This document shows, one piece after another, positions 26,990-40,212 of a stretch of 64,000 nucleotides of DNA. The stretch spans positions 38,440,001 to 38,504,000 of the forward strand of contig NC_043007.1 of assembly GCF_006345805.1 (NCBI RefSeq), written 5' to 3'. The first letter of the stretch is position 1, and each line of letters opens with the position of its first letter. This stretch comes from Octopus sinensis (Eukaryota). Under the pieces are notes generated by a model. The model saw nothing but the letters and a program-made list of their open reading frames with translations. It was not told where the DNA came from and did not search any database. A program made the position numbers and the translations under genes.

Positions 26990-27430
26990 TACTGTTTTGA
27001 GCATGAGAAGCTCAAGAGAGGTGTTTGTAAGGGCGATCTCAATATGAATCTGCCTGAGTATGTTGGCACATGCTCCTGTTTTAACATGAAAGAAGTGTGG
27101 TCAAGTCGAAGTAAGGCAGACCTTAGAAGTCACTAGAAAAGGTGAGCACACACGCATTAACACACACAATGGAATCATTAACTATGTATTTTAAGGCATC
27201 TCTATTCACAAGGAGTGTGGAAAAGAATATGTATCCGGAAAGGGACTGAAATGTCGTATGAAATTTCATCAAAACACTACTGTAACACCTACTTCAAGAG
27301 GCACCCATCATTGCTACATTTGTGCAAAGGAGTGTAAGTCCTTGACAAGAGTGAAACACCACATCCGCCCAGCTCATATACAAGAGAACAATCAAGTGAT
27401 GGCTTTACTTGAAATCAAGTTGCAACCATT
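26990..27430 (+). mobile_element. LINE (RTE-like) 3' remnant with C-terminal zinc finger
   Basis: ORF 27258 contains HCYICAKECKSLTRVKHHIRPAH (CxxC...HxxxH-like), preceded by decayed ORF2 C-terminal sequence. Confidence 0.5.
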
Positions 27431-28849
27431 ACTATACACGCTCACACATACACACTTATAAATGAATTTATATGAATAACAACACGATACTCAATACAAA
27501 TACTCTGCTGAGTATTTGTATTGTGAGTACTTACTACAACAAGAGTAGAGTTTTAAAATGTGTTTAGATTATAGATTAATATCATTACTAATAGTTTCAT
27601 ATCGGACTGAATAACCTCAGGTATTTTTTGGATGATGTCAGATTAGTAACCTTCTATGGTTGTACATCTACTTGAATTTTTTTTTTTTGAAGCTAGGGAT
27701 TTACTTTTGTGCGTCGTCGTCATTTAACATCTGCTTTCCATGCTGGACAGCTTGACAGGAGTTGGCTAGGCAGGTGCCTGCATCAGACTTCTGTATCTAT
27801 TTTGGTAGTTTATACAGCTGGATGCCCTTCCTAACACCAACTGCCCAGCAGAGTGCTTTTCACATGGCACAACCACATTGAAAAATAAGTTGTAGTAGTG
27901 TCAGAATGAATTAGCAACTTTGAGTGAATAAATATACTGCACTTCAATGGTTCAGTACTTTCAATTATATACCAATTTGATGGTAAAAAGAAAGCTATCC
28001 AGAACATGGATCTAGAGAGGTGTGTGCAGGCATGAATGTAATGGCTCAATGCTAGTATTGCTCTGAACTCTGAAAGGCTGTGACTTGTGAGTATTTTGTA
28101 GAGAATTTTTGTTGAAGCAAACTATCTTCTGTGCTGTTGATAGCAAGTTTTTTGCTCCCCCTGCCACACACACAAACTGCAATGATCATCAGAGCATTCT
28201 TTTAGACTGCAGTGGCTAGACAAGTTTGAGTATGCTGGAAGAGACACTTATTCAGCATAGACTGTGCACTCCAAAATGCTTCAGATTTGTGCTTTGTAAA
28301 TCATAGTTCTTCCATGTATGGCCAGCTTGTTTACAATGTTTTGTAGTGCCCCAACCCACTATATAGCTCCATTATGTATAATGGAAATATGTCCTCCCCA
28401 CACCAGCCAGTTAGTCGTCAATAGTTACACCTAGAATCTGCAGCTTACTGTTCCTAAAACTTGATGAGTTTCTGTATTTTGGTAGAATCTTTGTTTTCTA
28501 CAACCAAAGTTGTCTCACTCCATCACAATTCTCTACAATCACGTGCTTTTTTTCCTTCCCATTCAATCTTTTGTTGTCTATCATTGTTGTTCTTCCATTA
28601 CCCTCTTCTGCATCACTTCTCACTCACATTTTTACTTTATTTTCACCCTCTAACCCTGGTTTACTCCTCTAATCACTCGTTCAGTCATGTTGCCTCAAAT
28701 GATCAGAGAGAATTTTGAGCAAAGAGGATTATTTAGTCATGCCTGGAACAAAGCAGCTTCTTTAGTGCTGGTGCCATAATAACATGCACCCAGTACATTC
28801 TGAGATTATGTACTCAAACTTCAGTTTCATTCATTCTAGCAGACAGTCT

Positions 28850-29800
28850 GTGATGTTTTCCAGGAAGTGATGACAAAATGAACCACTGTACTAGCGCTTA
28901 AAGAAGTGTCTTTATGCCATATATAGCTTGTTGGTGTGTTGGCTTTAGAGACATCATTCTGGTATCCAATACTTATCTCTAGGCATGTGCCTTGTATGTA
29001 GCAAAACTTATGTTTTGGCATTTGTATATCAGCTCTTAATTAGACATGCTTTTCATGCAGTTATAGCTCACCTTAATTCTGTCTTTGTTGAACAGCTGGT
29101 GGAATTCATAACTTTTTTCCAATTAGAGTAGACATGATTACAATGCCAGTTTTTACACCAATACAGTGAATTATGTTGTATAACATTTCCCTTTCTGGTT
29201 AGATGGTGATGGTGAATACTTTAGTCTTTTTAGCTGATTTATTGGAACATGTAGAGGACACTTGGCAGTGATCGGTTTGTGAGTGAATGTACAATGTGGT
29301 GTTATTTTGTTTCTTGAAAGGTTCAAATGATTCTGAGATCAGTTAAGCAATGACATAATAAACTGAACATGGAAGTTTAACATTATAAAGTATACTTCGA
29401 TTGTCACTGTCAGGCTAAATTTGTTGTACATTGTGATTTGCCTCTTGGGAGAGTCGGTTAAGTGCCTGTTCATACTGCTTCATTCAAATCATGAGCTCAG
29501 CATCCCTTTTGAAGACCTATGTTAAAGCCATTAAAACAGCTCTCCATTTTGTACAGTATGAACAAGCCTACTAACTCAGGTAATTTGGTCTAACTAAAAT
29601 TCCCCATGATAACATCAAAATTACTCATTCCAGCTTTCTTAATCTAGCAACACAGCAACAAGCTACACAGGACTTACAGAATACTCCCCAAAGAGTTAAC
29701 TGCATCAATACATCAACTCCTCAAATTATTACCATCTGCAAAGCATCACAGTACTTTCAAAGAGAAAATGTGAGATCAGCATATGATGGATAGCATTAGA
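28850..29800 (-). mobile_element. Degraded Penelope-like retroelement (RT to GIY-YIG)
   Basis: Minus-strand fragments FDVIMGNFS, ELVGLFILYK, FEPFKKQNNTTLYIHSQTDH and FHQLFNKDRIKVSYNCMKSM occur in the order expected for a Penelope-like ORF. Confidence 0.75.
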
Positions 29801-31296
29801 TAAAGCATGGTAATTTAAGAATGGGTCAATGTCCTGCAACCTCTGTGACAAAGAGAAGTTCTATTTCATCCTCTAACTCCAATTTTAAATGACAATGATA
29901 CAACTAAACCAGTTATTAGGGACATTACTGAACTACCAAAGGAGTTTCTGCAGTCATTTGACCTGCTGGAATAAACTACTGAATTTTCCTCAAATTATAT
30001 CCAACATCCTAGAAAAGGGAAGGCTACATTGGATAATGTTCCTAAAATATACAATGCCTGAGACAAGAACTGGCTTGTCATGGTTCAAACACTTTTGACT
30101 ATATATTTGTTCAGTTATGACTTGGACAAAGTAACAACAATAACAGCCTGGTTGACTATTAGAGTTACTAATACTGCTTCTATTTAGCTAAATATTTTTA
30201 GCATTTCAGTGTTTAATCCTGATAGAACTTAATATATAGAGTGCTTGGGAGGCAACAACAGTGACTCATGGGCCTAGAGTTTCATGCTGAAGCATTTGTC
30301 AAGTTGTAACAGGTTTGAAAGTTACTCTATGTGCACAAATATATGCATGTATATATATGTAAATCTAGATTTTGGCAAGTATATTTGCATTTCTCTAAAA
30401 TTAAGTAATTCTAATGAGATGTTAATTCAACGATTATTCCAAGATAATTAATTATTGAAAAGCAAAGAAATTTTTTTTATTTATTCCTAATTAAATACAC
30501 ACACAACACACACATACACACACAATACACACACACTAGCTCACAGAAACTGAAAGGTATCTCAATTAAAAATAATGAAGTTAATAAAATAAAATAAATG
30601 AAAATAAAATTTTAAAAAACAATTAAAAACAGGATTAATTAATTTTTTTGCTTTGTTATTCTACTTCAACAGTTCAAAATGTATTAACAAAACAAAAAGA
30701 ACACAGAACAAAACAAAAATTTTTTTTAATTCTTAATTAGTCCTGAAGCTGTATTAATTAAGGCAAGTTAGCATTAATTGTCTTGCCCTAAAGTCAGACA
30801 CAACACAATTTCCCACCTAGAGAACAACAGTAGGATGGATACAGCAAACCACGAAGGGAGCCCCATTAAAAAGGGCTAAGTTTATTATTATGTCTATATT
30901 TTTATCCACTCAATTAGCCTGTCTTCAAGTGAACAAATAGTTAGATGGATGAATACACTTTTGCAAAAAATTCCAAAAAATTTTAATAATTTTTTTTTTT
31001 TTTAAATTAAATTAAACAAAAACAAAAGTCAGGGTTGGAAATGGGTTGGAAAAAAATAAATAAACCAAAAAACATGCCACATGTAACTTACTGTGGGTTC
31101 TTGACCATCCTGAATCCACCGGAAATGAAAAAGCTTAATCATTAGCAAGAAGGCTATAGCACAGTAATAATAATAATGATAATAATAATAACATAATAAT
31201 AAGGTGAAGAATATATATATATTATTAATATTATTACTAATAATATTTATTATGAATAATAAAAAAAAATAAGTAATAATAATAATAATAATAATG

Positions 31297-31510
31297 ATTT
31301 CAAATTTTGGCACAAGGCCATCAGTTTTGGGGAGGGAGTAAGTTAATTACATTGATCTCAGCGATCAGCTGGTGCTTATTTCATCCTTTTGACCCCAAAA
31401 CGATGAAAGCCAAAGTCACCCTCGGTGGAATTTGAACTCAGAATGTAAAGACTGATGAAATGCCGCTAAGCATTTTTGCCTGGTACACTAACGATTCTGC
31501 CAGCTTGCTG
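31297..31510 (-). mobile_element. SINE family B
   Basis: Same core as 6213-7096, flanked by (AAT)n/(ATT)n. Confidence 0.8.
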
Positions 31511-31605
31511 CATTATTATTATTATTATTATAATTATTATTATTATTATTATTACTATTATTATTAATCATCATCGTTTAACGTCCACTTTCCATGCTAG
31601 CATGG

Positions 31606-31640
<35 letters not shown>

Positions 31641-33639
31641 TAATAATCTCTAACATTTGTACAAGGTGACCACAAATTTGTTGGTCAAAAGAGTGGAAGG
31701 TGAGAAGTTGATTGATTCAAATGAATCAAGTCCTGTACACAGCTAGTAGTTATTTTTATCAAGTATAGTGGGGTTACACATTAAGTTCAATGTCAACAGG
31801 ATTTTAATTCATATTACTGAGGGACAAAATTAAACAGCTTAAGATATTCTAGTCTTATGTACCTTGAGCAAGGAAGCAGTTGATTAAATCAACTCCACTA
31901 TACCTCACTGATGATTATTGCAACAACCCTGGTGCAATCAGAATGTAAAGAGATAAAACTAGAGATAGATGTCCCACCCACATTATGGAAGTGTTGGGTC
32001 CCTAAAAATTTTGTCAGAACATGGAATTCCAGGTTTCCTTTTGACTTTCAATGTTATGTAGCAGTCAAAGAATATGAAAGTCAACAGGGAATATGAGTTT
32101 CACATTATAGAACTCCATCTAAATTACAGCAAGATTTTTAGGAACACAACACTTCCATGACAGAGAGGATGTCTGTAGTGTAAGACATAACATTCTATTG
32201 GTTCCTCCACTCAAAATAATAGTAGTAATGATGATTATAAGGATGATAACATAAGGATCTCAAAATTAAAATAAATTTTTGGAAATGAGTATACAGAGAA
32301 TACCAACAACAATAATTGTAATTATTGGTTGGCACACTGAGTATGGTTATCAAAAAAATAAATATAAATAAAATAGCAAAACAAAAAGAAAAGAAAAGAA
32401 ACAAAATGACGAAAACATGAATTAATACATGACAACACTGCCAAGTCTCACAACATTGCATATGGGCCCCTGAAACAGCGCAACTAAGCACTACACACAT
32501 TCTACACAGAATCCTCTCAATACAATTAACACAACATGTATAAATGACACTCTGAAGTGAAACTGAAAGTAACTTCTAATTAACATAATCAAAGAAAGTA
32601 AAAAAAATAAAAAAAGAAATGACAATACAATGAAACAATCTTCAATATAAATAATCCATTCGATACCAACCCAGTGAAAACTGCCCTTGGTATTCTGATA
32701 TAAATTCCCGGCTTTAAAGGAAATTAACTGAAAATTTTCCCTGAAAATTTCATGTTAATTTTTATTCTTAACACTAGTTTGATAATGACAGTTATTTTAC
32801 TAAATTCTTCATCATTTTCAGAATTTATTGAAAAAAAGTCAAAGTATTTTCCATAGAAATATGATACAAGGGGTTAAGTGATCTAAATTAAAACTACTCA
32901 TCAAAATTTCACGTTAATTATATGTTCCAAACACAAACTTAATATTACTACATTAAATTTGTCATTCTACTTAAAGTTTCAATAGAAATATGGTAACAAA
33001 GGGTGATGTAAATAAGTAAATAAATTGATTATGGTTTGATTGTTAGGAATTCATTTGTTCAATCAATTGAATTATCATCAGCTCACTGCCTTAATAAAAA
33101 TAATAGCTGTCACTCACATGTGAGAATGGCCTGATAGTATGTACCATGCCTTTGCTAATTGTTTTAGATGTCAATATAATCACAAGCGGACAGAGACATC
33201 CACTCCACCGTCCACCCTTGACCCAACAGAACATTGGGGATGTGAGAGCTAGTAATTATTTTCAGCTGAGCAGACTAGAGCAAAGACTGAAACGAAGTCT
33301 TTTGTTCAAGAGATTGGGAAGTGGGTGGGGATGACACTACCTGATCCAAGAATCAAATCCACAATCGTAATGATTGTGAGCCCAACACCCTAACAGCTAG
33401 GTCAAGTGCCCGAGGTACAAAAGTTTATAACAATTCTTGCCTGCATGAACAGAAGATCATAACTTTGTGGTGAAATAAATTTGATTCTATTTAAACCAGT
33501 AAACTGCTAGTTGTTAGCCTTGATAGAACAGACAGACCAATGATCAAAAGCATTCCAACCATGACAATCCAGTTTTTTTTCTACCATAATATATTTAAAA
33601 CTACATTGTCTAATAAGTGGTTCTTGTTTTTTTTTTTTA

Positions 33640-33980
33640 AGGTTCTGGGTTCAGTCCCATTGCGTGGCACCTTGAGCATGTGCCTTCTACTATAGCCCGG
33701 GCTGACCAAAGCCTTGTGAGTGAATTTGGTAAACAGCAACTGAAAGAAGTGTGTGTGCATGTATATATCTATATGTGTGCATGTGTTTGTGTCTGACCCC
33801 CCACTTGAAAACCAGAGTTAGTGTATTTACATCCCCATAACTTCACAGTTCGTCAAAAGACACCAATGGAATAAGTACTAGGCTATAAAAAATAAGTCCT
33901 GGGGTCAGTTTGTTCAACTAAAACACATCAAGGCAGTGTTCTAGCATGGCTGTAGTCATATGACTGAAACAAGTGAAAGA
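33640..33980 (+). mobile_element. SINE family A, 5'-truncated
   Basis: Aligns by eye to 22954-23352. Confidence 0.75.
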
Positions 33981-34320
33981 ATGTAGTTTCAAGAGAGATT
34001 TGGCTGCTATTTCTAACAGAGAGAGAACCACATAGAAGTTCCTTGTTGATTAGTCTCCTAGGCATGTGACCAGGTGGTCAGTCTCTATTAAAGAAATTTT
34101 ATAATCCAAGACATTCTAACTGGAACTATACCATGTATTTTTTTTCAGTGACAATATTGCTAAGATGACATTACTCAAGGTGTGCTTCACTTTTTAAGCT
34201 GATAGGGTTTGATTTCAGAGATATTTCACTTATTTCTGGAAGGTGTTTTACTTGTGTGTGTGATACATGAAACTGCATGGTTTATTTTTGGTTTGTGTGT
34301 GTGTTTGTATAGATATATAA

Positions 34321-34580
34321 GTGCAGGTATGACTGTGTGGTAAGAAGTTTGCTTCCCAACCACATGGTCCTGGATTCAATCCTGTTGCATGGCATCTTGG
34401 GCAAGTGTCTTCAACCAGAGCCTCAGGCTGACCAAAGCCTTGTGAGTAGATTTGGTCGACAGAAACTGACTGAAGCCCATCATATATGTGTGTGTCTTTG
34501 TGTCTGTTTTGTCCCCCCTCCCTTGCACAACTTGACAACTGGTGTTGGTGTGCTTATATCCCTGTAACTTAGTGGCTTGG
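34321..34580 (+). mobile_element. SINE family A, 5' part, interrupted
   Basis: Aligns to 22954-23225 and stops at the Penelope-like fragment. Confidence 0.75.
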
Positions 34581-34915
34581 CAGCTGTGGTAGGTTATACA
34601 AAGGCAAAACATGCCGCCTCCTCAAAATAGGAGTAGAGGAACATCGCAAAGCTGTGACATATTGATAAATCGGGTATAGCTGATCATGTATGGAAAATGG
34701 ATAATAATATCCCTCTGTGGATAATAACATCGAAAATAATAATATCGAAAAATACCTTAGGAATGAGAACCCAGGTTCAAAATTTTCCCCAAAACACCTG
34801 ATGAAGGCTGGAGGGTATATCAGGTGAAATGTTGTGTTAATAACATACAAGATGAGGACAAATATCCGTCAAATGTAAATAATGTACATAATTCCTCATC
34901 TCTTAAATATAGAAC
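34581..34915 (+). mobile_element. Short Penelope-like fragment: GIY-YIG remnant plus terminal region
   Basis: SCGRLYKGKTCRLLKIGVEEHRKAV / IDKSGIADHVWK matches the CGxxYIGETxRxLxxRxxEH...SxIAxH pattern, followed by a CTGATGA...GAAA motif. Confidence 0.8.
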
Positions 34916-34924
34916 TGAAAGAAA

Positions 34925-35241
34925 TTGACCTCTGGACTTATTCTTTGTAAGCCTGGTACGTATTCTATTGGTCTCTTTTGCCAAACCACTAAGTTACGGG
35001 GATATAAACACCATCGGTTGTCAAGCGATGGTGGGTGGACAAACACAGACACACAAACATATATATATATACATATATGACAGGGTTCTTTCAGTTTCCA
35101 TCTACCAAATCCACTCACAAGGCTTTGGTCGACCCGAGGCTATAGTAAAAGACACTTGCCCAAGGTGTCATACAGTGGGACTGAACCCGGAACCATGTGG
35201 TTGGGAAGCAAGCTTCTTATTACACAGCCATGCCTGCGCCT
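34925..35241 (-). mobile_element. SINE family A
   Basis: Reverse-complement copy, inverted relative to 34321-34580. Confidence 0.8.
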
Positions 35242-37756
35242 ATGTATATATATATATATTTTTTAAAATTCATTTTACTGGTTTCAGTCATTGCATTGTG
35301 ATCATGCTTGGACATTTCCTTCAAGAGTTTTAGACAATATTAACCCCAGTACTCATTTTATTAACTGGCTAAGTTCATGTGAGTTACATCCCATTAGGAA
35401 GTTATGAGCCTTTCACGAATGTAAATACTAGTATTGACACTAATACACACAAACTCATACATACTCAACCACACATATAATGGGCTTCTACACAGTTTCC
35501 ATCAAATTTCACTCAATATCATTGGTCATTCTAAAGGTTATGATATACGATATTTGCCCAAGGTCATATGAAGTGGAATAAATGATAGAACCACATAGCT
35601 GCAAAATAAACTTTTTAAGTCACACCCATGTCACACACACACACACCACACACACACACACACACACAATCAATAGCAATTGGTCAGTTACCTGCGTAGT
35701 TTCTACTTAGGTTACTTTGGTAGCATTCGTCATCACCCATTCCTCATAACCTCTCTATTACTAACATCACTGTCATCACCAGCAAATCAGCATTTGATGC
35801 TTGCATCCATTATTGATGTATTCGTCATCATATTATTTGATACTTTCACCTTCATCACAATTTTGTTAGTCATCATCATCAGAACAACCACTTTTCCATG
35901 TTTGCCTGGATTAGACAGAATTCATTGAGGCGGATTTTTCAATGGCCAAAAGCCTGTCCTGTTGCCAACCCTCACATGTTACCAAGCAAGGCAATATTTT
36001 TCCATGGCCAGACATGTTTTCACAAAATATTGGGAATGAATGACACTGTTTCTATGACAGTAACACAGTTTTTTCAGACATATTGTATCTAAGACTACAT
36101 TAGTTAATGAATTCTTCCTTTTAAAAAAAAAAAATATATATATAATAGAGAATGATTTGAAGGAGATCAGGTAGATGCTTCTAGAAGAACAAATGACCAT
36201 GGCTCATAGAAGATCCTTTAGTGCAGTCAGCGTTTTCATAATACTTTGAGAAGGAAAATATAGGGGTACCATAATTTTTTTTAAAATACCTCATAAAAAT
36301 CAGGTGTCCCATTTGTCAATCAGCATTTAAATTTCTTTTTTTGTTTGAAAACATGATGAAAGGAACACCATATATATATATACATACACACAATCTCACA
36401 CACATACATGCAAACATTAACAAACATAGGCATATGAATAAAAGCACATAAGCAAACACGATATGTACACACACACATACACACACTATGTTAATCTTTT
36501 TAGGTGTTGCAAGAATCTAAAAGACAAAGTATTCAGCTATGATTTCAGTAGGTTCAGCAACTTAGAGTCAAATCTCCTCCTTGTCTCGAACATAACATTA
36601 TATGTAAGATGCACGCACATATACAAACACACATAAGCACATACATGTCATTTAGTACATTGAAAAGCATACACATGTCGTTCTTTAATTCATTCATTCT
36701 GTCCATTCGGGAGCATTGCACACACACACACACACTAACTTATACATATAAATCATTGTGTATCTAAATTTCTATGTTGTGGCTTCCTGTTTGTTTAATA
36801 TTAAGTATGTGTGAATGTGTGTACTTTGTAGATTTTTCATGTGCCTTGAATGGGTGTGTGTATCACCGGGCGCATTTGTGAATATGCAGCTGCCTGTGTG
36901 TCTGCATATGTACTTGTACATGTGCAATTACTTGTGTCTGCGTGTGTACATGTCTACATGCAACTGCAGAGTGTGTGTGTGTGTTTAACTGCTTGTATGT
37001 AAGCGTCTCTGTGTATAAAACATCCAATGAACAAAGCTAAACTGTTATATTTCAGACAACAAACAACAAACAACAGCCTTCTTTCTCCCAATAAGAGACC
37101 TGCCCCACTGTGCAATAATAAAAAAAATGAGAAAAACAAACATACAACACAACACAATAACAAACACTTGACACTCCTGTGAATTTGTTATTGTCTATTG
37201 GTGGTGATGGTGGTGTTAGCAGTGGTGATGGTGGTGTTTTCATTTGTAAATGTCTACTTTTTTTTTTCATCCACCTCCTCCTCTTTCTCTATCTAAAAAC
37301 TTTTACATTTCACAGTTTTAAGGACAACAATATTAACAGAAGGGATTGGTGGTGTTACCTTTACCTGACAAGACTACAACAAAAAAAAAAAAAAATTAAA
37401 TTAAAATAAAAAAATGTATATAAAGTCAGTTAAATATAGAATAATAATAATAGCAAGAGTAATAGTAATTATCATTGTTATATGCAAAATATTGGTGCCT
37501 GTGTGTGTACATGCATGTACACACACAAAAGCACAAACACACATTCATAACATACATAAACTTGCATGAATACATATATAAACACATCAAAACATACATT
37601 ATTTGAGTACATTCTTATTTCATAATGTTTGTGTATGTGTGTCTGTGTTGTATTTTGGAAGTGTTATCTTTGTCAATAATTATACATAAACTGATTATTG
37701 CTATCGTCATCATCATCATCATTATTATTATTATTATTGTCACTGCCATTATTATT

Positions 37757-38600
37757 AAGGCGGTGAGCTGGCAGAATTGTTAGCATGCCAGACAAAAATA
37801 TCTAGTGAAAGTTCATTTGTCTTTATGTTGTGAGTTCAAGTTCTACAGAGGCCGACCCTGCCTTTCATCCTTCCTGGGATTGATGAATTAAGTACCAGCT
37901 GAGCACTGGGGTTGATGTAATTTCACTAACCCAACTTCCCTGCAAATTTCAAGCCATGTACCTATAGTAGAAAGGATTATCATCATCATCAATACTATTA
38001 TAGTAATTAGTTATGCTCTGAGTTCAAATCCTGCAATGGTTAATTATTTTCTATCCTTCTAAGATCAATAAAATAAGTATTAATCATGTACTGGGATTGT
38101 GCTCTGATAAAAGTCAATCTTCATCCCAAATTTCTGGTTTTACACCTATGTTAAAGATTATTTTGTTGAACTGGGAGAATCATTAGCACGTCAGACATAA
38201 TGCTTTACATATTTCCTTTGGCTCTTTACATTCTGAGTTCAAATCCTGCTTTACCTCTCATCCTTTTGGGATCTATAGAATAAAGTACTAGTCAAGTACT
38301 GGGGTCAATGGTACAGCGAGCTGGCAGAATTGTTAGCACGCCAGACAAAATGCTTAGTGGCATTTCGTCTGCCGCTACATTCTGAGTTCAAATTCGGCCG
38401 AGGTCAACTTTGCCTTTCATCCTTTCGGGGTCGATTAAATAAGTACAAGTTACGCACTGGGGTCAGTATAATCTACTTAATCCGTTTGTCTGTCCTTGTT
38501 TGTCCTCTCTGTGTTTAGCCCCTTGTGGGTAGTAAAGAAATAGGTACTGACTTGTCACCCCCACCTAAAATTGTTAGCCTTCAGCCAAAATTAGCAAGAA
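37757..38600 (+). mobile_element. Cluster of about 4 SINE family B copies, some nested or truncated
   Basis: Repeated gagctggcagaat...ctgagttcaaat cores. Confidence 0.75.
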
Positions 38601-39978
38601 TTATTATTTATTATTATTATTTTTCTTCAGTAGTTTCGTGCAAGTTTCTTCTGCACTACATGGTGTACCATGTTCCTGATGAGGTTACAGTATTGAGTTC
38701 TTATTTTTGTGAAGATTGAGGAAGTAGAGACTCCACCTGCAGGTGTTTTGCACCTGTTTGTTTTGTTTAGTCTCTTGCTTCTTGTTATATTAATCTTCTA
38801 CTGTGTGTGTAATGTGTGCTGTTATTATCATTATTATTATTATTATTATACTTTTATTATTGTTATCATCATTTATTGTTATTATTATTAAAAAGACATA
38901 AAACTGACAGAAATGTTAGAGCAGAAGGCAAAATGTTTTACTGTATTAGTTCCGGCTGTTTATATTCTGAGTTTAATTCCCAAGGTCAACTTTCCCTTTT
39001 GGGGGATCACTAGTTTAATGTAAACTTTTTCATGCACCACCAAGTGCATGTATCTATTCTTCATGTAGAGGTAGTATCACCATTTGCAGGAATGGGACAT
39101 GTTTGTATGTGTGTGTGTGTGTATGTTTTCTGGCTTGTCAACATTGTTTCATGTTATGTATGCATTTTCTTGTGTCTTCACACAATGCAAAGACAGGAAA
39201 TGTAAACATAAACACATACATACAAATACACACAACTAGGAATGGCTGACCAAAGTCCACTGAGTGTGCATGTGTGTGTGAGTGTATTCCTGTTTCCTTA
39301 TTTTGATATTGTGTACTAGTTGAAAACAAATATCACCATCAGTGCCATTCAAATGCAATCTTCCCTCAAAACATGTCCAGCTATTGTGTTGTTCAGGTTC
39401 AAACAAGGGATAATATTACCTTGCTTGGAAACAAATGAAGGTTGGCAACAGGAAGAGCATCTGGTCATTAAAAAAATCCTGCCCCAACATACTCTCATTT
39501 GACCCATGCAAAAACAGATAAGTAAACATTAAAATGATAATGATGATTGCACACAAGTCAAACTTCATTTATTAAAAGCTTGATAAAATGCAAAACTTAG
39601 AGGTGATGGAAGGAAAAGCTCAGATGATGATGATGATGATGGGATCTCCCACCAAAGATGACATATGAGCATTCAGTTTGCATTGAACAACCTGTACAAA
39701 TGATTTGTTCAGTGATCAAATGCATGTGTTTACTAACGCATGTACATTAGCTCACTCCCACCATTAAATCGATGTTGCCTGAACAGGTGCACAGTGTACC
39801 ACACATCAGGTGTCAAAATGACCACAGAGCAATGTGAGATGAAGTGTTTTGCTCAAAAACACAATGCACCACCCAGACCAGGAATTGATTTCACGATTTT
39901 GAGTGTGACATCCGAACCACTAGGATATGCATCCTCACTACTACTACTACTAATAATACTCCTACTACTACTACTACG

Positions 39979-40014
<36 letters not shown>

Positions 40015-40027
40015 TAATAATAATAAT

Positions 40028-40212
40028 TGTTTCAAGTTTTGGTACAAGACCAAAAATTTAAGTTGATTATATCAACCCCAGTGTTCAACTGCTGCTTAAG
40101 ATGAAAGGCAAAGTCAACCTTGGTGGGATAATGAACTCAGAACATAAAGACAAATGAAATGATGCTAAGTGTTTCATCCAGTGTGCCAACAATTTTGCCA
40201 GCTCACCACTTT
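40028..40212 (-). mobile_element. SINE family B
   Basis: gatgaaaggcaaagtcaacc...gaactcagaac...gccagctcacc. Confidence 0.7.
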
